A stretch of 64,000 nucleotides of DNA from NCBI GenBank assembly GCA_016931455.1, contig JAFGES010000125.1:2561-66560 (forward strand). Direction: 5' to 3'. Source of the DNA: Desulfobacterales bacterium. GTDB lineage: Bacteria; Desulfobacterota; Desulfobacteria; Desulfobacterales; JAHDSC01. The notes beneath the pieces were generated by a model that was not told the origin of the DNA, made no database searches, and saw nothing but the letters and a program-made list of their open reading frames with translations. Positions 21,626-30,455 of this stretch are shown here, piece after piece. The stretch's first letter is position 1; every line of letters starts with the position of its first letter. The position numbers were made by a program, and so were the translations under genes.

Positions 21626-21648
21626 ATGAATGCAATAGGCAAGACGGC

Positions 21649-21903
21649 CTATGATTCGCTACGGCTCGCTTTTTTTTGTTTCGAATTTGAATCTGTTTTT
21701 TTATTGGTTTGATTGTCTCTGTCGGTATTCAATATTTTGTCACGTTCCTCTTTGGGTTTGGGCTTTAAGGTCATTACGGGCACTAACGTTTTGCTGATTA
21801 AATAAATTTCTTCCACATTTCTTAATTGTTCCGGATCGGGTTGCTTCTCGTCTAAATTTTCAAGCACTTCAAGAGTTCCATCGAATTTTTTGGCAATATA
21901 CAT
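21649..21903 (-). CDS. Small hypothetical protein (84 aa) with a Lys-rich, probably disordered tail
   Basis: A strong SD (AGGAGA) sits ~9 nt upstream of the ATG at 21903 (MYIAKKFDGTLEVLENL...). The longest ORF extends to 22122 but has no RBS. No domain recognised. Confidence 0.5.
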   Translation of the reverse strand: MYIAKKFDGTLEVLENLDEKQPDPEQLRNVEEIYLISKTLVPVMTLKPKPKEERDKILNTDRDNQTNKKTDSNSKQKKASRSES

Positions 21904-22181
21904 TTTTTTTATTCTCCTGGAAATTAACGTTAGGAAATTGATATCCATCAACGGGGATATGCTGAGCATGTTCAAGTCCTGTGACGTTAAACGGTTACAG
22001 GGATAATAATGGCATGTCGGGCAAGACATAAATGCCGTGTAACATTGAAGCTTACAGCACCAAAATGAAACATTGATAGATAATGGATCATCTTTATCAT
22101 AAGGAATAAATTTCATCATCATTTAAGCCAAGTAATGGGCATCGTTTTTGAACTGTTTGATTTAATTGAAAATAAAAATAG

Positions 22182-22210
22182 TTGTCAAATGCGCCTATTT
22201 TGTTTATAAA
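22182..22210 (+). promoter_or_regulatory. Promoter candidate of the repressor gene
   Basis: TTGTCA (22182-22187), 17-nt spacer, TATAAA (22205-22210). The -10 element lies inside the palindrome 22201-22218. Confidence 0.4.
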
Positions 22211-22218
22211 AATAAACA
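22201..22218. promoter_or_regulatory. Operator-like inverted repeat TGTTTAT-N4-ATAAACA
   Basis: TGTTTATAAAAATAAACA: 7-bp perfect arms overlapping the predicted -10 element. The same arms recur at 22951-22968. Confidence 0.55.
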
Positions 22219-22253
22219 TATTTTGTCAACACTTTATCAACGGGTGCCGAACG

Positions 22254-22907
22254 ATGACTATATCGAAATTCGAATCTTTTCTACAAAGGGTATTTGAGGC
22301 GACTGGATTTTCATCTCAAAATGAATTGGCTGCCGCCATCGGAGTGAACCGTTCCGCAATCACACAAGCCAGGAAAAAGGGTTCAATTCCGGACAAGTGG
22401 ATTTTGAAATTGTATCGTTTATACGGATTAAATCCCGATTGGATTGAGACGGGTATAGAGCCGGTTTTCCTGAAAAAGTTAAAGGCTGGTGAAACTGAAT
22501 TTAAAACAGTGCCGAAAGTAAAAGCAAGACTTTGTGCCGGGGGTGGATCTTTTGAAGTCGGATCTGAAATTCAGGGTTATTACTCGTTTCAAGAGAAATG
22601 GCTCAGGAAAAAAGGGAATTTGGGTACGATGATTTTAATGGATGTCTTCGGCAACAGCATGGAGCCCGCATTAAAAGATGGAGATACCGTCATGATCGAT
22701 GTATCCCAAAAAAATATTTTAGCCGGCGTTTTATATGCAGTGGGTATTGAGGATGTTATCATGGTAAAAAGATTGGAGAAACATCCGAATAAGCTTGTTC
22801 TGCTCAGCGATAATAAGGATTATGCTCCGATTTATCTGCAAAAAGAAGAGGTTGATCATATTCGGATTATCGGGAAAGTGATTTGGCTTTGTAGAGAATT
22901 AAAGTAG
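22254..22907 (+). CDS. CI-type HTH repressor fused to an S24 (LexA-like) autopeptidase domain
   Basis: N-terminal phage-CI-type HTH (SQNELAAAIGVNRSAITQARKKGSIPDKWILKLYRLYGLNPDWIETG). Ala-Gly candidate cleavage site (RLCAGGGS). S24 motifs GNSMEP (Ser) and MVKRL (Lys). Confidence 0.88.
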   Translation: MTISKFESFLQRVFEATGFSSQNELAAAIGVNRSAITQARKKGSIPDKWILKLYRLYGLNPDWIETGIEPVFLKKLKAGETEFKTVPKVKARLCAGGGSFEVGSEIQGYYSFQEKWLRKKGNLGTMILMDVFGNSMEPALKDGDTVMIDVSQKNILAGVLYAVGIEDVIMVKRLEKHPNKLVLLSDNKDYAPIYLQKEEVDHIRIIGKVIWLCRELK

Positions 22908-22940
22908 TTGGGCTCAAATCTACCTGCAAAGGCGATTTTT

Positions 22941-22978
22941 TTGCATTTTATGTTTATATATATAAACATAAAATGCAA
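22941..22978. promoter_or_regulatory. Perfect 38-bp palindrome containing a second copy of the operator motif
   Basis: TTGCATTTTATGTTTATATATATAAACATAAAATGCAA equals its own reverse complement. Its core is TGTTTAT-ATAT-ATAAACA. It starts 34 nt after the repressor stop and ends 65 nt before the 23043 start. Confidence 0.7.
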
Positions 22979-23042
22979 GCATATAAACTTTAACGGATTT
23001 AAATATCAACATAACGAATCAAAGCCGAAAGGAATTTGAATC

Positions 23043-23330
23043 ATGAAAGGACGGATTGTTAAAACCTATGCCGTGGGTTTGATGTGGGCGCTTGGCCTTC
23101 TGCTGGCGGGAAGTGACAATGTTTATATGCCTTGGCCGAATTTGTTGGGCATTGCAATGTTCGGGCTCGCCGGTGGGTTGATGAACAGTAAGCGCTTAAA
23201 GTTTGAAAGATTTTTTTCAAGACCGATACTGAAAACCTGTGAGCTGAAAAATTCGGTAAAAACCGTTTGGGTAATATCATATGTCAATATTGCGGCTGTT
23301 CTGAATAGAAAATCTTCCGGGCCATCCTAA
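23043..23330 (+). CDS. Small hypothetical membrane protein (95 aa, 2 predicted TM segments, basic C-terminal half)
   Basis: The only long ORF in this interval. Hydrophobic stretches YAVGLMWALGLLLAG and LLGIAMFGLAGGLM. Weak RBS (AAAGGAA). Confidence 0.5.
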   Translation: MKGRIVKTYAVGLMWALGLLLAGSDNVYMPWPNLLGIAMFGLAGGLMNSKRLKFERFFSRPILKTCELKNSVKTVWVISYVNIAAVLNRKSSGPS

Positions 23331-23784
23331 GATTCTTTTGTTGCTTTAAAGATATAGACAATTGAAGAATACAAGGATAAGCATTTTTGAAATTATTTCT
23401 TGACAAGCTGATATTTGTGGTTAGAGTTTTAGAAAATTCTTAGTAGGGAAAAGTTGCCTTGATATCCTTAGATATCTTATAGGGTGTTATTTTTTTCTAA
23501 TTGCATCATGTATTTTCAGATTAAAATTTACAAGCCGGATTATCCTGTACTACAATAATATATTAAACCATTTATAGAAGAATATCTTTTACGCTACGGA
23601 TGCAAATTTATAATCCGTTTAATCAGCACCTTCGAGGCTGCATTTTTTTGCAATCTTAATTGGGATGCCGGGTTAACAAAAGAAAGTAAAAATCGGCATC
23701 CTGAAATTTTTTAGGCAATCGGAAAATATATGAATTCAGAAAATACTTAAACGGCTCCAAAGACCATGCAAAGGAGAAAAGGAT

Positions 23785-24723
23785 ATGATCCATGTCGAAA
23801 ATCTGACGAAATATTACAATGATTTCTGTGCGGTGGATCGAATTAACCTTGACATTGAAAAAGGTGAAATTCTTGGATTGTTGGGCCCCAACGGCGCGGG
23901 TAAAACTACTACGCTTCGGATGTTGACCGGCTATTTTTTGCCGACATCCGGAACTATTCGAGTAAAAGATTATAGTATCGATGAGAGCTTGCTGGAAATA
24001 AAAAAACTGATGGGATATCTGCCTGAGTCCGCTCCTCTGTATCATAATATGTTGGTGTTTGATTATCTCAATTATGTTGCTGTGATTCGGGGTCTGAAAC
24101 AGGATGAAAAAATATCCAGAATCCGGGAATTGGCCGATTTATGCGGCTTGAACGACATTATGCACAACAGCATTGATGAACTTTCCAAAGGTCTGAAGCA
24201 GAGAGTGGGGCTAGCCCATGCAATGATGAGTGATCCTGAAATTTTAGTGCTGGACGAGCCTACTTCGGGATTGGATCCAAACCAGATTGCCGAGATACGA
24301 CAGATTATCCGGCAGATTGGAAAGGAAAAGACGATCATTCTTTCAACCCATATCCTCAGCGAAGCTGAGGCGACATGCGACCGAGTAGTGATTATCAACC
24401 AGGGAAAAATTATTGCCGATGACCGCATGGAAAACCTTAAACAATCCGGTGGTCAGGAAAATTTTATCCAAATTTCACTGCTTGATGCCGAATTCTCTGC
24501 AGTTAAAGACGCATTGAGTTCTATTGAAGGCATTATCAAAGTTCAACAGATGGATGAAACCCAAGACGGTATACTTAATATTCGACTTGCGTGCAAGACT
24601 GCTGTTGATCTTAGAAAAACCATTTATCAGGCCATCAAACAAACAGATTGGAATTTGATACAATTGTACCGGGAAACCAAAAACCTTGAAACCATATTCC
24701 GAGAATTAACCAAGGAGAACTGA
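23785..24723 (+). CDS. ABC transporter ATP-binding protein (GldA-like, ABC-2 type)
   Basis: Walker A GPNGAGKTT, signature LSKGLKQR, Walker B ILVLDEPTSGLD. AAGGAGAAAAGG RBS. Confidence 0.92.
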   Translation: MIHVENLTKYYNDFCAVDRINLDIEKGEILGLLGPNGAGKTTTLRMLTGYFLPTSGTIRVKDYSIDESLLEIKKLMGYLPESAPLYHNMLVFDYLNYVAVIRGLKQDEKISRIRELADLCGLNDIMHNSIDELSKGLKQRVGLAHAMMSDPEILVLDEPTSGLDPNQIAEIRQIIRQIGKEKTIILSTHILSEAEATCDRVVIINQGKIIADDRMENLKQSGGQENFIQISLLDAEFSAVKDALSSIEGIIKVQQMDETQDGILNIRLACKTAVDLRKTIYQAIKQTDWNLIQLYRETKNLETIFRELTKEN

Positions 24724-24724
24724 A

Positions 24725-25429
24725 ATGCAACAGGTTGTCCATATTTTTAGTAAAGAACTAAAGGATTATTTTATATCGCCCATTGCTTATATTGTAATCT
24801 CTGTTTTTCTTCTGGTAACGGGATGGCTTTTTTTTACAACCTTCTTTCTTTATAATCAGGCTGACCTGAGAAACTTTTTTAATCTACTACCGATCACTTT
24901 TGCGTTTGTTATTCCGGCGGTTACCATGAGGCTTTTCTCTGAGGAATTCAACGTGGGTTCATATGAGATTCTGCTGACTTTACCGGTCACATTCAGAGAC
25001 ATTATTATCGGAAAATTTTTAGCCGGTGTCGTTTTTATTGCCGCCATACTTATACCGACACTTTCCTATCCGATTTTTATCGCTTTTCTGGGCCAACTTG
25101 ACTGGGGACCGGTTATCGGCGGTTATGCCGGTGCGTTATTGCTAGGAGCGGCTTTTTCCGCCATCGGACTTTTTGCATCAGCGTTAACCCGTAACCAGAT
25201 TATCGCTTTTATCGTGGGTTTAGTCATTTGTTTTTCTCTGACTGTAATTGATAAAATGCTATTTTTCTTTCCCGAGAGGCTATTGGGAGTTATCGGCTAT
25301 ATAGGAGCGGATTTTCACTTTCAAAACATTTCTAAAGGCATCATTGATTCGAGAGATATTCTCTATTTCTTAAGTATTATTTTTATTGGTCTCTATTGTA
25401 CTCACATAGCCGTGCAGGAAAAGAAATAA
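24725..25429 (+). CDS. ABC-2 type permease (GldF-like)
   Basis: 6-TM hydrophobic protein starting 2 nt after the ATPase gene. Confidence 0.8.
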   Translation: MQQVVHIFSKELKDYFISPIAYIVISVFLLVTGWLFFTTFFLYNQADLRNFFNLLPITFAFVIPAVTMRLFSEEFNVGSYEILLTLPVTFRDIIIGKFLAGVVFIAAILIPTLSYPIFIAFLGQLDWGPVIGGYAGALLLGAAFSAIGLFASALTRNQIIAFIVGLVICFSLTVIDKMLFFFPERLLGVIGYIGADFHFQNISKGIIDSRDILYFLSIIFIGLYCTHIAVQEKK

Positions 25430-25439
25430 GGAGAGAGAA

Positions 25440-27647
25440 ATGGGTATTAAAAACAGATCTGAAAAATACATGAAACTTTTTATCTATCTGACGGCCATCG
25501 TATTGATTAATTTAGCGGGTATGACACTGTTTTTTAGAATCGATCTTACGAAAAACAAAATCTATTCCATATCCAATGCCAGTAAGAATGTAGCGTCCTC
25601 ACTTTCGGAGCCGCTCACCATCAACGTTTTTTTTACCAAAAACCTTCCTGCCCCCCATAATAATACGGAACGTTATCTTCATGATCTTCTGGAAGAATAT
25701 GCCATTCATGCCAATAAATATTTCAATTACCGATTTTATGATGTCAGCCCCGAAGGGGAAGGACAAAAACCGGGGGCTATTGAAAATCAGAAGTTGGCGG
25801 ATAATTACGGAATTCACCCGGTTCAAATTCAGGCTGTAGAACAAGATGAGGTTAAATTTAAAAAGGCTTACATGGGGCTTGTTCTAATCCACGGTGATAT
25901 AATTGAACGTATTCCTACAATTACATCTACCTATGCATTAGAATATAAACTAACCACTGCCATTCAAAAGCTCAGTAATAAGATTAGTGCGCTGCTGAGC
26001 TTGCCCGGAAAAATAAAAATCAAACTCTTTCTCTCTTCTTCTTTAAAGCAGGTTGCTCCTTATATGGGACTAAACGAACTTTCGGATTATCCTGATCAAC
26101 TTAAAGAGATTATAGCCAAGCTCAACGATAAAACTTACGGTAAACTTGAATATACCTATATTGACCCAACTGTGGAACAGATTTCTGAAAGCGAATTAAA
26201 AAAATATAATATCATGAGTTTGAAATGGCCGGCTCTCGGCGATGGGAAGGTTCAATCGGGTAGCGGGGTGATCGGCCTAGTGATGGAGTACGCGGACAAG
26301 GTTATGGAATTGCCGCTTTTAAAGGTTCTCCGGATTCCGATTATTGGAACACAATACGATTTGGTTGATATCAATCAAATGGAGGAAACCATCAACGACA
26401 ATCTGGAAGCTCTGGTGGATATCAATGAAGACTTAGGTTATCTATCCGATCACGGTACTCTTAAGATGGCGGACTTTTCACCGATGGGGATGCAGGACGA
26501 GGATTCATTGTCAAGCTTTTCAACACTTGCTTCACAAAATTATTCCATCAAACATATCAACCTGAAAGACGGTTCAATCCCCGATAGTCTTCAATGTCTA
26601 GTGATTGCCCGTCCGACCGAAAAATTTTCCGATTACGAATTGTACCAGATTGACCAGGCCTTGATGCGTGGAACAAATTTAGCTCTTTTTATAGACGCAT
26701 TCGAAGAAATCATGCCGAGCAATCAGCAGCCGTTCGGATATAACCAGGGGCCCTCTTTTGTACCTTTGGATACCGGACTTGAAAAATTACTCGATCATTA
26801 CGGTATCCGTATAAAGAAATCGTTTGTTTTGGATGAAAACTGTTTTAAGCAGCGTCTGCAAAGACAGTTGGGCGGTGGAGAAAGGGCTATTTATTTTGCG
26901 CCGATCATTAAAAATAAAAATATCACTAACGATTTTGATTTTATGAAAAATATAAAAGGATTGGTTGCAATTAAAATGTCACCTTTAGAGCTGGACGAAA
27001 AACGGATTGCTGAAAATAAGCTCAAAGCGATAAAATTATTTGCTTCATCTGAAAAATCCTGGGAAATGACTGGGCGTATTAATCTCAATCCCATGTTTAT
27101 CAATCCGCCTGTATCAGATGCCGAAAAAGGAAGTCTGCCGTTGGCATACATGCTGACAGGAGAATTTTCGAGTTATTTTGCAGGAAAACCTATGCCTGAG
27201 AAAACGTCGGAAGATACCGATTCTCAAATTGAAGATGAAAAAGAAAAAGCAGAGGTAAAACCAAAACAAAAGCCGGATATTGATTTGTCAAAAATTGAGG
27301 AAAAAGGTGGGTTTTTATCCAAAGGTAGACCGAGTAAAATTTTTCTCATGGCATCATCTGAGATGCTCAAAGACAATGTTCTGGACCCGGCCGGTGAGAG
27401 TCCGAATGATATGTTTATAATGAATATTCTGGATGCTCTCAATAATCGTGAAGACATTGCAGCAATGCGCAGTAAGGAACAGCGTTTCAATCCATTAGAT
27501 GATACAGGTGGATTAACCAAGACTTTTACTAAGACCTTTAATATTGCCGGGCTTCCAGTGCTGGTTGTATTTTTTGGCTTTTTCGTATGGCTGCGCAGAC
27601 GTTCGAGAAAAAAACAGATTCAGATGATTTTTAAAAAACAGAGATGA
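25440..27647 (+). CDS. GldG-like auxiliary component of the ABC system
   Basis: N-terminal and C-terminal TM anchors flank a large soluble region. The size and the position after the GldA/GldF-like genes fit the GldG family. Confidence 0.7.
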   Translation: MGIKNRSEKYMKLFIYLTAIVLINLAGMTLFFRIDLTKNKIYSISNASKNVASSLSEPLTINVFFTKNLPAPHNNTERYLHDLLEEYAIHANKYFNYRFYDVSPEGEGQKPGAIENQKLADNYGIHPVQIQAVEQDEVKFKKAYMGLVLIHGDIIERIPTITSTYALEYKLTTAIQKLSNKISALLSLPGKIKIKLFLSSSLKQVAPYMGLNELSDYPDQLKEIIAKLNDKTYGKLEYTYIDPTVEQISESELKKYNIMSLKWPALGDGKVQSGSGVIGLVMEYADKVMELPLLKVLRIPIIGTQYDLVDINQMEETINDNLEALVDINEDLGYLSDHGTLKMADFSPMGMQDEDSLSSFSTLASQNYSIKHINLKDGSIPDSLQCLVIARPTEKFSDYELYQIDQALMRGTNLALFIDAFEEIMPSNQQPFGYNQGPSFVPLDTGLEKLLDHYGIRIKKSFVLDENCFKQRLQRQLGGGERAIYFAPIIKNKNITNDFDFMKNIKGLVAIKMSPLELDEKRIAENKLKAIKLFASSEKSWEMTGRINLNPMFINPPVSDAEKGSLPLAYMLTGEFSSYFAGKPMPEKTSEDTDSQIEDEKEKAEVKPKQKPDIDLSKIEEKGGFLSKGRPSKIFLMASSEMLKDNVLDPAGESPNDMFIMNILDALNNREDIAAMRSKEQRFNPLDDTGGLTKTFTKTFNIAGLPVLVVFFGFFVWLRRRSRKKQIQMIFKKQR

Positions 27648-27659
27648 AGCGAGGATGTC

Positions 27660-28616
27660 ATGAAATTAAAGAAAGAATACATCATACTTGGTGCGGTTAT
27701 TATTGGTGTGAGCCTATATTTGGGGTTACACAACGCGAATCGTACTCATTACCGAATGCCGAATCTTGCTGAAATTGATGGGAAATATATTTCAAAGATC
27801 GAGATTGGCAATGCGGGTGAATTCTTTACCCTAGACAAAAAAGATAACACTTGGTATATAGGGCCGGAGCAATACCCGGCTGATACGGAGAAAATAAAAA
27901 ATATGCTGGATGTGATTGAAAGCTTGACGGTAACCGCATTGGTTTCAGAATCAAAAAATTATATCCGTTATGATTTAAACGATGAAAAAAAAATTGCAGT
28001 GAAAGCATGGTCCGGCAGTACATTAAGTCGAGAGTTTGATATTGGAAAAGCCGCTCAGACCTATCAACATACGCATATTATGCTGGCCGGTGATTCTAAT
28101 GTATATCACGCCCGAGGGGATTTCAGACGAAAATTTGATCAGACCATTGCTAACTTGCGGGATAAGACCGTTTTATCTTTTGAACAAAATGAAATTCGAA
28201 AGATAGAATTTAAAAAAGATAATGAAATTTTATTAGTGCTTGAGCGTAAAGAAATACCGATTGTAAAGGCCAAGGAAAAGGATGCCGAAGGTACACCTCC
28301 AGCTTCAACCGAATCAAAGATTATCTGGCAAGATGCTGAAGAAAAAAGTGTGGATGAGACCAAAGTCAGGCAGCTGCTGACGACATTATCGTCGTTGACG
28401 TGTGAAACGTATATCAACAATAGCAAAAAAGAAGATTTCAAGAATCCCCTCCTCACATTCAACTTAAAAGGAACACAAGAATATTTTCTTTCCATATTCC
28501 CTAAAACCGATAAGGATGCTAAAAGCTATCCCGCCGTTTCATCAGGAAATACCTATCCGTTTTTATTGCCGGACCACCGAATTGATAATATGAAAACAAC
28601 GATTGATGAAATTTAG
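27660..28616 (+). CDS. N-terminally anchored protein, DUF4340-like by position and architecture
   Basis: Single N-terminal TM. Fourth gene of the operon, the usual neighbour of GldG-like genes. Family assignment not verified. Confidence 0.55.
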   Translation: MKLKKEYIILGAVIIGVSLYLGLHNANRTHYRMPNLAEIDGKYISKIEIGNAGEFFTLDKKDNTWYIGPEQYPADTEKIKNMLDVIESLTVTALVSESKNYIRYDLNDEKKIAVKAWSGSTLSREFDIGKAAQTYQHTHIMLAGDSNVYHARGDFRRKFDQTIANLRDKTVLSFEQNEIRKIEFKKDNEILLVLERKEIPIVKAKEKDAEGTPPASTESKIIWQDAEEKSVDETKVRQLLTTLSSLTCETYINNSKKEDFKNPLLTFNLKGTQEYFLSIFPKTDKDAKSYPAVSSGNTYPFLLPDHRIDNMKTTIDEI

Positions 28617-28658
28617 AAGAAGAAAAAAGAATCCTAAATTTTATGGATTTTGATTGGT

Positions 28659-28694
28659 AAAAGGCGTTCGGAGTGAAATCTCTGAACGCCTTTT
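28659..28694. terminator. Bidirectional Rho-independent terminator
   Basis: AAAAGGCGTTCGGAG / TGAAAT loop / CTCTGAACGCCTTTT, with A-run and T-run flanks. Between convergent genes. Confidence 0.8.
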
Positions 28695-28708
28695 TCGTTG
28701 AAAAGACT

Positions 28709-29491
28709 CTATCGTTGTATTTTTTTATTGTATTTTTTTCGTCCGATTGTTGCCACACCGATTAATCCGGAACCGAAAAGCAGTAAGGTCGCTGGTTCAG
28801 GATTGGGAACAGGACTAACTGATTCGACCATTAAGATCATATCATTAAAATCCTGGTCGTCACCACCCAGTGAGTCTTCCCAGGCAAAAATGAATTCATT
28901 GGGAGTAAAAGTTCCCGGCGAGAATGGCGGCAAGGATATTATATCAATATTATTGCCCTGAAAAGCCACCATGTGATCAAATCCATCGCTGTTTCTATTG
29001 GTATCCGAATAGAACGTATCTCCAGCCCCATTGATGAAATAATATCCGAATTCGTTTTGTGTAAAATCAATTCCCTGGTCAGAAAAGTTTTTGTAGACAC
29101 TTCCATCTGCAAAAATGGAGATAAGAACTAAATCCCCTTCTCCATTATTTCCACCAAAAAGTTCGACATGGGAAGAAGGATTATAGGGGTCGTATAACCC
29201 TAAACTATTTAGGTTAGCATAACCGGCGATTTCGATAATAAAGGTTGAGATACTGCCACCGGTTGCAGCAATACTCCAAAAAGAATCGACAAGATCAGAT
29301 AGTTGGTCGCTGTTGACATCGATGGAGCTATAGGTATTGCCGTCGGGGTCGACGGGGCCGACGGTTATATTATCTAGAATTGTTTGTAATGGAGTCTCAT
29401 CAGGGTTCTCTAAAATTTGGACGGCCTTTGTGTTTTCAGCTATTAAAAAGATCGTAAAAAATGAACATAATAAGATAATGTATTTTTTCAT
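28709..29491 (-). CDS. Secreted PEP-CTERM-anchored protein with a DUF4114-like domain
   Basis: Signal peptide. C-terminal VPNPEPATLLLFGSGLIGVATIGRKK (PEP motif, TM, basic tail). IFAWEDSLGGDDQDFNDM resembles the DUF4114 signature. Confidence 0.85.
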   Translation of the reverse strand: MKKYIILLCSFFTIFLIAENTKAVQILENPDETPLQTILDNITVGPVDPDGNTYSSIDVNSDQLSDLVDSFWSIAATGGSISTFIIEIAGYANLNSLGLYDPYNPSSHVELFGGNNGEGDLVLISIFADGSVYKNFSDQGIDFTQNEFGYYFINGAGDTFYSDTNRNSDGFDHMVAFQGNNIDIISLPPFSPGTFTPNEFIFAWEDSLGGDDQDFNDMILMVESVSPVPNPEPATLLLFGSGLIGVATIGRKKYNKKIQR

Positions 29492-29790
29492 TCAATTTCT
29501 CCATTGTGTAAGGATTTGATTTAAAGCGTATAACGGCAACCCACTTTAATATTGGAGGTCAACCGCAAATTATTTCCCGCATCTCAAGAAATTAAAAAGT
29601 ACTACTTACAACATGTTTCGGACATCGATTTTTAATTCAATTTTTATAATTTAATAACAAAGCGCTTTGATATTGAGTTAAAGCAAAAAAGATGCCGAAT
29701 GAAGATTGATAAAATTAAATGGTATTAATTCAATTATTTAAGTATATTAAGACGAGAATAAATAAGCGAGTTAAATGGTAGGTACAATTG

Positions 29791-29825
29791 TGATTCTATG
29801 TAAAGCAGTTATGATTCTATGTAAA
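29791..29825. repeat. Tandem direct repeat TGATTCTATGTAAA x2 with 21-bp periodicity
   Basis: Identical 14-mers at 29791-29804 and 29812-29825, in the 486-bp AT-rich intergenic region. Confidence 0.85.
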
Positions 29826-29977
29826 TATTTTCCTAATTAGATATTTCAGGATAGAAAATTAGTATCGGCCGCCATAAAAAGCATTGAGTCATGCACCTAT
29901 AAAGTACCGAACAGATCCTTGGAGCGCTGCAAGAATTGATTGAATGAAAAATATATTTTTAGTATACGAGTTACTGC

Positions 29978-30340
29978 TTATATTTCTTCATTTTTCTTCA
30001 TTTTTTTAGTATAGTATTCCTCCGGTATAAAGTGTTCCTGAATGACCCGTCCAACCAATGGCGAGTAGATTTGATATTCGGTCTTTTCTCCAAGCAAGTC
30101 ATAAATCTTATCTTCAACGTCATGTCTGTCCTTGCTGTGAAACCATCGATCCCAGTCTTCAAAGGATTGCCATGTACTGATGACCAGACATTCTCCCGGA
30201 TCATTGATGTTTCTCAAAGTCTCGCCGGAAATATATCCCGGCTGGCAGGTAGCAAGGCATCTTAGTTGGATGATTAAACGGATCAGATCCCGAGCCTGAT
30301 GCTGTTTGAACTTACGTGTGATCATAACCTCAACCGCCAT
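29978..30340 (-). CDS. Antibiotic-biosynthesis-monooxygenase (ABM) fold protein
   Basis: About 100-aa ferredoxin-like pattern: VEVMITRKF...QPGYISGETL...ECLVISTWQSFEDWDRW. Confidence 0.7.
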   Translation of the reverse strand: MAVEVMITRKFKQHQARDLIRLIIQLRCLATCQPGYISGETLRNINDPGECLVISTWQSFEDWDRWFHSKDRHDVEDKIYDLLGEKTEYQIYSPLVGRVIQEHFIPEEYYTKKMKKNEEI

Positions 30341-30455
30341 TTTACTCTCCTTCCAGCTTAACAGTTTGTGAATGATGATATGACTTAAAATTGATTAGAT
30401 AATATCTAAAAATAGCATTTTTTTATATAAAAATCAAAATAATGATTCGATCGCT

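Noticed and set aside
21904-22122. Cys-rich 73-aa N-terminal extension (WCCKLQCYTAFMSCPTCHYYPC) of ORF 21649..22122
   Set aside because: There is no RBS before the ATGATGATG at 22122, whereas a strong AGGAGA precedes the internal ATG at 21903. The extension would also run through the repressor's divergent control region. It is kept only as an alternative start.
21649-23330. Prophage or integrative element around the CI-like repressor
   Set aside because: There is no integrase, excisionase, structural or replication gene, no tRNA or att-like flanking direct repeats, and the neighbours are ordinary chromosomal genes. It is treated as an orphan regulatory module instead.
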